Shown in pieces: positions 10,261 to 18,286 of a stretch of 64,000 nucleotides of DNA. Origin of the DNA: a virus. The stretch covers positions 1-64,000 of IMG/VR virus record IMGVR_UViG_3300020421_001669; one strand, written 5' to 3'. The position numbers and the translations under genes are program-made. Under the pieces are notes generated by a model. It had not been told where the DNA came from. It did no database searches and saw nothing but the letters and a program-made list of their open reading frames with translations. Each line of letters opens with the position of its first letter. Position 1 is the stretch's first letter.

Positions 10261-11656
10261 TGCTTGTACACATGACGCTTCTTTAGCGGTTGTTAAAGAT
10301 GATGAGATATTGTTTGCCTCTCATAGTGAGAGATTTAGCGGTATAAAAAATGATGCATTTCTTAATCCAGAAATTATCACGGAAGCAAAAAAGTATGGTG
10401 AACCAGATTATGTTTATTGGTATGAAAATCCTTGGTTAAAATGGACAAGAAAAAAATACGCGGGCCAACAAAGACCGTGGGTAAGTCCTAAAAAATATTT
10501 AAAACACTTTGGAATAAAATCACCCTATTACACTACTCATCACAAAGCACATGCAGCTGCTGGGTATTACACTTCACCTTTTAATAGTTCAGCAGTATTG
10601 GTTATTGATGCTATTGGTGAATGGACTACTACATCCATATGGAAAAATATGGAGAAAAAGTGGGCTGTAAGTTATCCAATATCATTGGGATTGTTTTATT
10701 CCGCGATGACAGATAGAATTGGATTGAAGGCAAATGAAGATGAGTATATTCTTATGGGTATGTCTGCTTATGGTGACCCAGATAGATTTTATGATGATAT
10801 TAAAGAATTACTAAAAGAGAATCTACATAGAGGTTGTAAGTGGTGGAATCCACTATTAGAGGAAAAAGATTATTTCGATGTTGCAGCTGCCACGCAAAAA
10901 ATATACGAAGAACATTTTGTGTCATTGTTAGAAAGAACTAAAGATATGACAGGTGAGGACAATCTAGTTTTCATGGGTGGTTGTGCTTTAAACTGTTTGG
11001 CAAATAGACTTATTCCAGAGCATTTTGATAATCATTGGATAATGCCGAATCCTGGCGATGCTGGTTCTTCTATTGGTGCGATTGCATCTAAAGAATGTAT
11101 AAAACTAAAATGGAAAACTCCGTATCTTGGATATAATATAGAAGGTAAATATCCAACCAACAATCTATTCAAAGAATTGGTAGATAATAAGATAGTTGGT
11201 GTTGCAAATGGGAGAGCTGAATTTGGCCCAAGAGCATTGGGTAATAGAAGTTTACTTGCAGACCCGAAAGGTTCTAAAATGAAAGACCTTGTAAACAAAA
11301 TAAAAAAGAGACAAGAGTTTAGACCATTTGCACCTGTAGTATTAGAATCAGAAGTACACAAGTACTTTGATGTACCAAGGGGATTCCAATCACCATATAT
11401 GCAACATGTGGTTAAATGTAAACAACCAGAAGACTTTCCTGCCATCGTACATAAAGATGGAACTAGTAGGGTACAAACAGTAAACTCAGAACAACACAGT
11501 GGATTATCTCAGTTATTAAGAAAGTGGAAAAAACACAGTGGACACCCGATACTACTAAATACCAGCTTAAATATTAAAGGTGAACCAATCGTCAACGATG
11601 AAAAAGACGCGATTAGGTTTGAAAAAAAGTATGGAGTTAAAGTGTGCGTGAGATAA
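10241..11656 (+). CDS. Carbamoyltransferase (NodU/CmcH family)
   Basis: HDAS, ERFS, HHKAHA, DAIGE, GGCALN, EFGPRALGNRS, RPFAP, LNTSLN. Confidence 0.95.
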   Translation: MISWGISACTHDASLAVVKDDEILFASHSERFSGIKNDAFLNPEIITEAKKYGEPDYVYWYENPWLKWTRKKYAGQQRPWVSPKKYLKHFGIKSPYYTTHHKAHAAAGYYTSPFNSSAVLVIDAIGEWTTTSIWKNMEKKWAVSYPISLGLFYSAMTDRIGLKANEDEYILMGMSAYGDPDRFYDDIKELLKENLHRGCKWWNPLLEEKDYFDVAAATQKIYEEHFVSLLERTKDMTGEDNLVFMGGCALNCLANRLIPEHFDNHWIMPNPGDAGSSIGAIASKECIKLKWKTPYLGYNIEGKYPTNNLFKELVDNKIVGVANGRAEFGPRALGNRSLLADPKGSKMKDLVNKIKKRQEFRPFAPVVLESEVHKYFDVPRGFQSPYMQHVVKCKQPEDFPAIVHKDGTSRVQTVNSEQHSGLSQLLRKWKKHSGHPILLNTSLNIKGEPIVNDEKDAIRFEKKYGVKVCVR

Positions 11657-12510
11657 AGTATCATAATGGTGAAACTATAAAGGTAGACGGACTACATTTC
11701 TATGGGTGTTCTTATATTGCTGGACAGGAATTACTTGACCATGAAATACCAGACCCAATGGCTATTGACCCCAAAAAGATGATGCAACAAAAAGGAGAAA
11801 GAGTCGAAGATTATTATAGACGAAAACTTGCTAGAGAACTTCTTTTTAAGAAAAAACTAAAACTAGAAAAACAATTATCTTGGTGTCAACACACAACCAA
11901 CCAACTAAAACTTAGATGTTATAATCATGGTATACATGGATGTTCTACTACTCAAGTAAAAGGTTTGATTGTACAACATATGGTACAGGGGTTATACGAA
12001 AAACAAAAAGAAGCTATAGTAGTTGGTATGACAGGATTTGCCAGAGAAATGGTTTTTGCAGAAGATGAATCTATGCTTTTAAATGTTGGAACACTTGGTT
12101 CCGCGAGAAGTTTAGTTGTAGCCACTCATGCAGAAAGAAGAGGTGATGTTCAGTTTGCAAAAAAATATATGATGCTCAAGGGTGTCTACACTTTGTTTTG
12201 GAATTATCTCCATGAAATCTACAATATAATCAATATTTGTGAACTAAATGATATCAAGTTATATCTTATCCCCATGTTAGACCCATTTGACCCCAAATGG
12301 TATAAAAAACAATATGACATTGGTTTTAAAGAGGGTGAATTCAATGAACAAATTCAATTTATAGAATCAAAAATAGATAAGTATATAATAGAAGATATGA
12401 AGTTAGACCCTTTGGGGGCTAACATTATAAAACGATTACCAAGGGGCCATCCGTGTGCCGAAAGTCACGAAAAGTACGGTACTAAGGTTGGTGAGAAGTT
12501 AACAATATGA
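11644..12510 (+). CDS. SGNH/GDSL-like protein (paralog)
   Basis: FYGCSYIAG, NHGIHGCS, C-terminal GHP. Confidence 0.55.
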   Translation: MREIKYHNGETIKVDGLHFYGCSYIAGQELLDHEIPDPMAIDPKKMMQQKGERVEDYYRRKLARELLFKKKLKLEKQLSWCQHTTNQLKLRCYNHGIHGCSTTQVKGLIVQHMVQGLYEKQKEAIVVGMTGFAREMVFAEDESMLLNVGTLGSARSLVVATHAERRGDVQFAKKYMMLKGVYTLFWNYLHEIYNIINICELNDIKLYLIPMLDPFDPKWYKKQYDIGFKEGEFNEQIQFIESKIDKYIIEDMKLDPLGANIIKRLPRGHPCAESHEKYGTKVGEKLTI

Positions 12511-12803
12511 ACAACATATTAAGGTTCCCCACCAAAAAGAAATGGGAACCTACTGGATACAGAATTAATCTATACACAGAAGAGGATATCTATATAGTTC
12601 TCTTATGCCTCAACATCTCCGATGATTTAGATGAACCGCAAAAATGGGTCAGAAAAGACCTACGCACCTTAGAGCCAGAATTTGTTATAGACAAGATGTC
12701 TACATGTCTTGACAATCAAGTTTTGTCCGATGCTTGTAAAAAAAGTATTAGGAAAATAATCAATTCAATAGAGGTCATACCTCTGTCAGCACTACACAAT
12801 TAA
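12507..12803 (+). CDS. Hypothetical protein
   Basis: ORF coupled to the upstream gene. Confidence 0.7.
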   Translation: MNNILRFPTKKKWEPTGYRINLYTEEDIYIVLLCLNISDDLDEPQKWVRKDLRTLEPEFVIDKMSTCLDNQVLSDACKKSIRKIINSIEVIPLSALHN

Positions 12804-12874
12804 GGAGAGACCATGTAATAGAAATCTTTATGATGGATATCAATTTTTTAACCAACCATCTGGAGAGATACCAA

Positions 12875-13636
12875 ATGCCAAGACGCAAAACGAACCTTCA
12901 AGTAATCGAAAATTTAAATTCCGATGTGAAAAGGGTGAAAGAGAAATCTACCTTAAAAATGCGTATAGAGGATTTAATTACAGTCGATGCAATCACAGAA
13001 ACCCAAGGACAATTTTTTGCAGAGTATAAAAAAGATTGTAAAGCAATGTTACTACATGGGTGTGCTGGTACAGGAAAAACATACATTGCCCTGTATCGAG
13101 CATTAGAGGAGGTTTTACAAAGAGGAAACCCATACAAGAAAGTAGTCGTTATTCGGTCAGCAGTCCCATCAAGAGAGATAGGTCACTTGCCGGGCGATGA
13201 AACAGAAAAGACACAAGTATACATGCAACCATATATTGACATGTGTTCCGATTTATTCCCAAAGAAAACACAAGCATTCCAAAGACTAATTGAACAAAAA
13301 TATGTAGAGTGGATGATTACATCTTTTGTAAGGGGAATCACACTGGACAATTCAATTATAATAGTCGATGAATGTCAAAATATGAACGACATGGAGATAA
13401 ATTCAATCATAACTCGCGTAGGACACAATAGTAAGATACTATTCTGTGGAGATTTCCGTCAAACAGACCTATATAAAAGAGGTGATTTGAGTGGATTGCA
13501 GAAATTCATGGTAATTGCTGAAAATATGCCTTCATTTAGGACTTTAGAGTTTGATACAGACGATATTGTTAGGTCTGACCTAGTAAAAGAGTACTTAGTG
13601 GCGAGAATGTCATACGAAGAACAATATGGTACTTGA
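12875..13636 (+). CDS. phoH: PhoH-like ATPase
   Basis: GCAGTGKT Walker A, IGHLPG, RGITL, DECQN, GDFRQTDL, DIVRS; SD GGAG before ATG 12875. Confidence 0.95.
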   Translation: MPRRKTNLQVIENLNSDVKRVKEKSTLKMRIEDLITVDAITETQGQFFAEYKKDCKAMLLHGCAGTGKTYIALYRALEEVLQRGNPYKKVVVIRSAVPSREIGHLPGDETEKTQVYMQPYIDMCSDLFPKKTQAFQRLIEQKYVEWMITSFVRGITLDNSIIIVDECQNMNDMEINSIITRVGHNSKILFCGDFRQTDLYKRGDLSGLQKFMVIAENMPSFRTLEFDTDDIVRSDLVKEYLVARMSYEEQYGT

Positions 13637-13661
13637 CTTTTGCTAAAAGGCCGTGTATAAT
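13633..13661 (+). promoter_or_regulatory. sigma70-type promoter
   Basis: TTGACT-17 nt-TATAAT with extended -10 TG. Confidence 0.8.
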
Positions 13662-13688
13662 GGTCACATAATATAGGATTTTTACATA

Positions 13689-14348
13689 ATGTTTACACAT
13701 ATTGACAAAAAGCACGATTTCCCCCAGTTAATGAGGGAGAATTTTGAAGGAAAACGGACATATGTAACGGAAAATGGTGATAGATACCCTTCTATCACCA
13801 CCGTTCTTGGATATAAGATAAAACCAGCCATAAAAGCATGGAGAAAGAAGGTAGGAGAACAGGCAGCGAACAAAATATCGCGTCAATCGTCTGTTCGAGG
13901 AACCAAAATTCATGGTATTTGTGAGGATTATCTTAATAACAAGGAACTTGATACTAAAATGTTGTCCTTTGTAGAGGAAGACATGTTCGATAACATGCGC
14001 CTTTACCTTGATAAGATAGATAACATACACGCGATTGAACAATTTTTGTACAGCGACCATCTAAGACTTGCTGGTCAGGCTGATTGCATCGCTGAATTTG
14101 AGGGAAAATTGTCAATCATCGACTTTAAGACATCCGCAAAACTCAAAAAGAAGTCATATATCAAGAATTATTTCGCTCAATGTGCTGGTTATGCCATCAT
14201 GTTTGAGGAAAGAACTGGTATTCCAATAGACCAAAGTGTAATTATTATAGGTGTACAAGACGAAGAACCACAACTTTTTGTAGAACATCGTGACAATTAC
14301 ACAGATTACCTACTAGAATGTAGAGATTTGTATGAAAATAACGCTTGA
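13689..14348 (+). CDS. PD-(D/E)XK exonuclease of T4-like phages
   Basis: YPSITTVL, RGTKIH, AGQADC, IIDFKTS, QCAGY. Confidence 0.85.
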   Translation: MFTHIDKKHDFPQLMRENFEGKRTYVTENGDRYPSITTVLGYKIKPAIKAWRKKVGEQAANKISRQSSVRGTKIHGICEDYLNNKELDTKMLSFVEEDMFDNMRLYLDKIDNIHAIEQFLYSDHLRLAGQADCIAEFEGKLSIIDFKTSAKLKKKSYIKNYFAQCAGYAIMFEERTGIPIDQSVIIIGVQDEEPQLFVEHRDNYTDYLLECRDLYENNA

Positions 14349-14378
14349 CATTTGGTTGGTAAGCTGGTATTATAAATA
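14345..14378 (+). promoter_or_regulatory. Overlapping sigma70 promoter and T4 late promoter driving the tmRNA
   Basis: TTGACA(14345)-17 nt-TATTAT(14368), overlapped by TATAAATA(14371-14378). Confidence 0.75.
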
Positions 14379-14380
14379 AA

Positions 14381-14640
14381 TTAACTCGTTGAAACAAGTC
14401 AAACGGTTAACAGGACGAGGGTGCAAATCCCTCCGCCTCCACCAATTAATCCTTATAGACTCGACTAAGGGGGCGAATAGGATCGACTGGGACTTATTAG
14501 AGGAGTGGAGAGTTCGGAAATGGAGCTGCCGTAAGTGCGACAAAACTATAAACGCAGAAGAAGATACTGCTTATGAGGATTACGCTTTAGCGGCGTAAAA
14601 TCGCTCGGGGTTCGGGGACGCCTATCAACAGAAGTCCCCA
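14381..14640 (+). ncRNA. ssrA: Circularly permuted (two-piece) tmRNA
   Basis: T-arm GAGGG-TGCAAAT-CCCTC plus CGCCTCC-A-CCA (to 14444) precedes GGGGGCG (14469); these pair as a 7 bp acceptor stem with G3:U. Tag ORF 14554-14598 encodes AEEDTAYEDYALAA*. Outer ends are approximate. Confidence 0.92.
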
Positions 14641-14645
14641 TTTTT
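14614..14645 (+). terminator. Hairpin/terminator closing the tmRNA coding piece
   Basis: GGGGAC...GTCCCC followed by ATTTTT. Confidence 0.6.
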
Positions 14646-14670
14646 ATCTCATTAAGAGAAGGAGGAAGAT

Positions 14671-14781
14671 ATGTGGTTAATTACAGGACTCATTATCGGA
14701 GTCGTAGTTGGAGCATGGATTAAAGACCGAAAATCTTGGTTAGATTTTCTTGACTCACCATTTGATAAGCTGCCGTTTTAA
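14671..14781 (+). CDS. 36 aa small membrane protein (MWLITGLIIGVVVGAWIKDRKSWLDFLDSPFDKLPF)
   Basis: Strong SD AGGAGG, hydrophobic N-terminal helix; absent from the ORF track. Confidence 0.75.
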   Translation: MWLITGLIIGVVVGAWIKDRKSWLDFLDSPFDKLPF

Positions 14782-14798
14782 CAAACTAACACTTTCAA

Positions 14799-15353
14799 AT
14801 GTACAGTTGGTTTTTGACCGCCGTATGTGCTGTATCACTTTGTTTGATACCAGTACAAAATGCGAATGACTACTTCATCGAAGAAGACAGGGTTTTAGTT
14901 GTTGACGAAGCAATAATCTTTATCGATAAAGAAATATCTTGTCTTGCAGTTAACATTTATCATGAAGCAAGGGGCGAAAGCAAAGAAGGTAAACTTGCAG
15001 TTGCTTTCGTAACCTTGAATCGTGTTAAAAGTAATGCATATCCAGACACAGTTTGTGGCGTTGTTTATCAAGGATACCACAAACCGTCTTGGAGAGATGA
15101 AACAAAAATGGTTCCAATCAGGCATCGTTGTCAGTTTAGTTGGTACTGTGATGGTAAACCCGACATAGTACGCGATTTCAACATATACGAAGAAATCATT
15201 AAACTGTCAATAGATGTTTGGGAAGATAGGTATGAAGATAATACAAATGGAAGTTTGTTTTATCATGCCGATTATGTGGAACCGACATGGGCGCAACACA
15301 TGGCGAAAACAGTAAAGATAGATAGACATATATTCTATACCGCGAGTTATTAA
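14799..15353 (+). CDS. Cell wall hydrolase (SleB/Hydrolase_2)
   Basis: CLAVNIYHEARGE, VTLNRV, CQFSWYCDG, HIFY; hydrophobic N-terminus. Confidence 0.9.
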   Translation: MYSWFLTAVCAVSLCLIPVQNANDYFIEEDRVLVVDEAIIFIDKEISCLAVNIYHEARGESKEGKLAVAFVTLNRVKSNAYPDTVCGVVYQGYHKPSWRDETKMVPIRHRCQFSWYCDGKPDIVRDFNIYEEIIKLSIDVWEDRYEDNTNGSLFYHADYVEPTWAQHMAKTVKIDRHIFYTASY

Positions 15354-16273
15354 TGACAAACAAGACTCATAATTTTATCGTGACAGGTGGATGTGGATTT
15401 ATTGGTTCACATTTAGTAGAAGCATTACTCCTACATGGACAGAATGTTCTTGTCATAGATGATATGAGAACTGGGAAGACTAAACTCGATAGTAAGAATG
15501 TAGAGTACTTACATCAAGATGTTGCATCAGCAATTCCAGTTGGAAAGTTTGACGCAATATTTCACCTAGCCGCCACGCCCAGAATTAGGTTATCTCAGAA
15601 AGACCCATTCGGGACAATCACAAATAACTTTAATTCAACAATGGTTGTTGCTGAGTATGCAAGAAGAGAACGAATTCCTTTGTTTTTCGCTGCTTCTTCT
15701 AGTACTCAGTTTCTTCATCATCAAGATAATCCTTATACTTTTTCTAAATGTGTAAATGAAGAAGTCTTACAACTCTATAATAAAATATACGATTTAGAAT
15801 ATCACATGTTGTATTTCTATAATGTATATGGCCCGCGAGAAGCAGACTACGGTGAATATAGTACTGTAGTTAGAGCATTTAAAAAATGCGTAGAAGAGGG
15901 AACCCCTCTCAGAGTTTTTGGTAGTGGTAGAAAACAGAGAGACTTTACTCACATACACGATGCCATAGATGGTATACTAAAATTGCTAACAACAAAAAGT
16001 AAACCAAGAAATGTTCATTTAGGTTCTGGTAATCCAGTAAGTATATTGGATGTCGCAAAGGCATTTGACCATGATTTCATTCATGAATTCGATAAGCCTG
16101 GCGAGGCAGAAATAACAGAATGTGAAAAACCATATATTGAACCTTCATATGATGTTATAGCATATATCAAAAAATGGAAACAAGATTTTGAAGAAGAACA
16201 AATATTACATAATGTAAACAAAGATTTAAGAAAAGTGGAAGAAAAATATGCCAAAATTGATAGTGGACAATGA
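15353..16273 (+). CDS. NAD-dependent epimerase/dehydratase
   Basis: TGGCGFIGSH, HLAA, YTFSK, NVYGP, RDFTH. Confidence 0.92.
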   Translation: MTNKTHNFIVTGGCGFIGSHLVEALLLHGQNVLVIDDMRTGKTKLDSKNVEYLHQDVASAIPVGKFDAIFHLAATPRIRLSQKDPFGTITNNFNSTMVVAEYARRERIPLFFAASSSTQFLHHQDNPYTFSKCVNEEVLQLYNKIYDLEYHMLYFYNVYGPREADYGEYSTVVRAFKKCVEEGTPLRVFGSGRKQRDFTHIHDAIDGILKLLTTKSKPRNVHLGSGNPVSILDVAKAFDHDFIHEFDKPGEAEITECEKPYIEPSYDVIAYIKKWKQDFEEEQILHNVNKDLRKVEEKYAKIDSGQ

Positions 16274-16535
16274 CAAAGAAGAAGAAAAGGTTAGTGATGT
16301 ATTCATGGTCACTAAAGAGTTTCATACATCAGCCGAGTTCTCACAACACATAGAAAAGAAAGCTGTTCAGGCGGGAAATTATATTGATGTTCTTGTTGAA
16401 TATTGTGGCAGAAATGAAATCGAAATAGAGAGTGTTAAGAAATTACTTACAGCATCTCTAAAGGAAAAAATCAAAGCAGAAGCAATTGGACTTAACTTAG
16501 TTAAGGGACAGAAGTCTTGTAAGTTACCTATATGA
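16248..16535 (+). CDS. gp33: Late transcription coactivator gp33
   Basis: FSQHIE..YID..LKEKIKAEA..LN..KLPI; position before gp59/gp32. Confidence 0.8.
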   Translation: MPKLIVDNDKEEEKVSDVFMVTKEFHTSAEFSQHIEKKAVQAGNYIDVLVEYCGRNEIEIESVKKLLTASLKEKIKAEAIGLNLVKGQKSCKLPI

Positions 16536-17113
16536 TTGAACCTTATGAAGTTTATAAACTATACCTAGCGATTAAACTTCATTTCACTACTAAGTCATAT
16601 GATGTAGTGAAGTATAAGGGTAAGGTTAGAGTAAAACCAGAGACTTTTCGTAAAAGAAAAGATATGGTATCTATAAAGAAACTTGCCAGAGACTATAAAC
16701 GCGAGGAAATAATAGATTTTTTAGTTGCTAATTTTGTATCTGGAGAACGATGGGGTGGATTGTTTGATATACAGGCATCCAAGAGATACGAGGATTGGAA
16801 GATAAAAAAGAATCAGAGAGAATATCTCTTCAAAAGAGATGTCTCAAAGATACTACTAGAGATGGAAAAACAAAAAGTTGACGCTTTTTTTGAAAAAAAT
16901 GGAAAACAGGGCTTGACTTTTCGTCTGTACTTTGGTAGAATGATCGAAATTGAAACTCTTGTTATATTAGATAAGATTTTCGATTTTGTAGAAGAAACGG
17001 ATGATATTTTACTAGAAGATGTTGTACTGCTAGTTAAAAAATATCGACCTTTCATAAGGGTGACCGACTCAATGAAGGAAGTCGCCAAAACACTTACTCA
17101 AAAACCTGTATAA
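16532..17113 (+). CDS. gp59: Helicase loader gp59
   Basis: YKLYLAIKLHFT..YD..KY.GK, FLVANF, KKYRPF. Confidence 0.85.
   Translation: MIEPYEVYKLYLAIKLHFTTKSYDVVKYKGKVRVKPETFRKRKDMVSIKKLARDYKREEIIDFLVANFVSGERWGGLFDIQASKRYEDWKIKKNQREYLFKRDVSKILLEMEKQKVDAFFEKNGKQGLTFRLYFGRMIEIETLVILDKIFDFVEETDDILLEDVVLLVKKYRPFIRVTDSMKEVAKTLTQKPV
16913..16941 (+). promoter_or_regulatory. sigma70-type promoter inside gp59
   Basis: TTGACT-17 nt-TAGAAT with extended -10 TG. Confidence 0.55.
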
Positions 17114-17116
17114 ATA
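17109..17116 (+). promoter_or_regulatory. T4 late promoter
   Basis: TATAAATA. Confidence 0.65.
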
Positions 17117-17128
17117 GGAGTATACATT

Positions 17129-17311
17129 ATGAGTAGGAAACTACGACCTCAGAATGATGAGAAGCGTATACGGAGAGTACCTAGTGAAGATAAGACTAGG
17201 CTTGACAAATACAAACATCTCGTGTATAATGAGGAAATCTATGAGTCTGAAGAGTTTTTGGACGCTTTAGATAAAAAAAGTAAAATACAACGCAAACATA
17301 AACCAATATAA
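17129..17311 (+). CDS. Small hypothetical protein
   Basis: SD GGAG, 60 aa ORF. Confidence 0.6.
   Translation: MSRKLRPQNDEKRIRRVPSEDKTRLDKYKHLVYNEEIYESEEFLDALDKKSKIQRKHKPI
17202..17230 (+). promoter_or_regulatory. Consensus sigma70 promoter for gp32
   Basis: TTGACA-17 nt-TATAAT with extended -10 TG. Confidence 0.85.
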
Positions 17312-17328
17312 CGCACAAGGAGAAATAT

Positions 17329-18234
17329 ATGTCGTTTAATACTATAGAAGAGCTACGCAAGTCGCGTGGCAACATGGACACTCTCATGTCACAAGTTGAG
17401 AAGATGTCTACAACCACCACCGAGTCTAATGACGATGGTAGGGAATGGAAACCAACTGTTGACCAAGCTGGCAATGGGTATGCAGTCATCCGATTTTTGC
17501 CCCCAGCAAAAGGTGAAGACCAATATTGGGCACGACTCTGGACTCATGGTTTTCAAGGGCCTACTGGAAAGTGGTACATCGAAAACTCTCTCACAACTCT
17601 AGGACAACAAGACCCTGTTTCAGAATTGAACAGTGAATTGTGGAATAGTGGTGTTGAGTCTAACAAAGACATTGCTCGTAAACAAAAGCGTAGACAGTCT
17701 TTTTACTCCAACATTCTTGTTGTGAAAGACCCATCGAATCCAGAAAATGAAGGTAATGTATACCTTTATCGTTATGGCAAAAAAATCTTCGACAAAATTC
17801 AAGACTTGTTAAAGCCAGAATTTGAAGATGAAACTCCAGTAAATCCTTTTGATTTCTGGGACGGCAGAAACTTCAAACTGAAGATTCGTCAAGTTGAGGG
17901 ATTCCGAAACTATGACAAGTCGGAGTTTGAGTCTGCTCCATCACCAGTAGCTGCTGATGATGAAATTGAGGCAATTTGGGCGAAACAATACTCTCTTGCA
18001 GAGATTGTAGACCCATCTAACTTCAAGTCTTATGAAGACCTTAAATCCAAATTGGATATGGTTCTTCAAGGTGCAAGCAAGGTTCCTACTGCTTCAACTG
18101 TTGCAGCCCAGACAGGCGACATTGAAGATGACTTGTTTGTTAACCAACAATCTGAAACTACGGTAGTCTCCAATGGTTCAGATAGTGATGACGATGCAAT
18201 GTCGTACTTTGCAAAACTTGCTGACGATTCCTAA
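17329..18234 (+). CDS. gp32: Single-stranded DNA-binding protein gp32
   Basis: GNGYAVIRFLP, WYIENS, YGKKIFDKI, NYDKSEF, acidic tail with SYFAKLA. Confidence 0.97.
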   Translation: MSFNTIEELRKSRGNMDTLMSQVEKMSTTTTESNDDGREWKPTVDQAGNGYAVIRFLPPAKGEDQYWARLWTHGFQGPTGKWYIENSLTTLGQQDPVSELNSELWNSGVESNKDIARKQKRRQSFYSNILVVKDPSNPENEGNVYLYRYGKKIFDKIQDLLKPEFEDETPVNPFDFWDGRNFKLKIRQVEGFRNYDKSEFESAPSPVAADDEIEAIWAKQYSLAEIVDPSNFKSYEDLKSKLDMVLQGASKVPTASTVAAQTGDIEDDLFVNQQSETTVVSNGSDSDDDAMSYFAKLADDS

Positions 18235-18253
18235 TATCGTTTAAGCGTTTGCG

Positions 18254-18286
18254 AGGGGCGACATAAATAGTGTCGCCCCTTTTTTT
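18254..18286 (+). terminator. Rho-independent terminator after gp32
   Basis: AGGGGCGACA-taaatag-TGTCGCCCCT plus T run. Confidence 0.9.

Noticed and set aside
13689-14348. Cas4/CRISPR association of the exonuclease
   Set aside because: No repeat-spacer array, cas genes or Cas4 Fe-S Cys pattern seen; this is the usual T4-like exonuclease beside phoH
14411-14444. tRNA gene or attP-like tRNA/tmRNA 3' fragment
   Set aside because: There is no anticodon arm. The matching 5' strand and an intact tag lie downstream, and no integrase is nearby, so a complete permuted tmRNA fits better
14389-14598. 69 aa ORF ending YALAA
   Set aside because: It runs through the tmRNA structural elements; only the last 14 codons (the tag) are plausibly translated, via trans-translation
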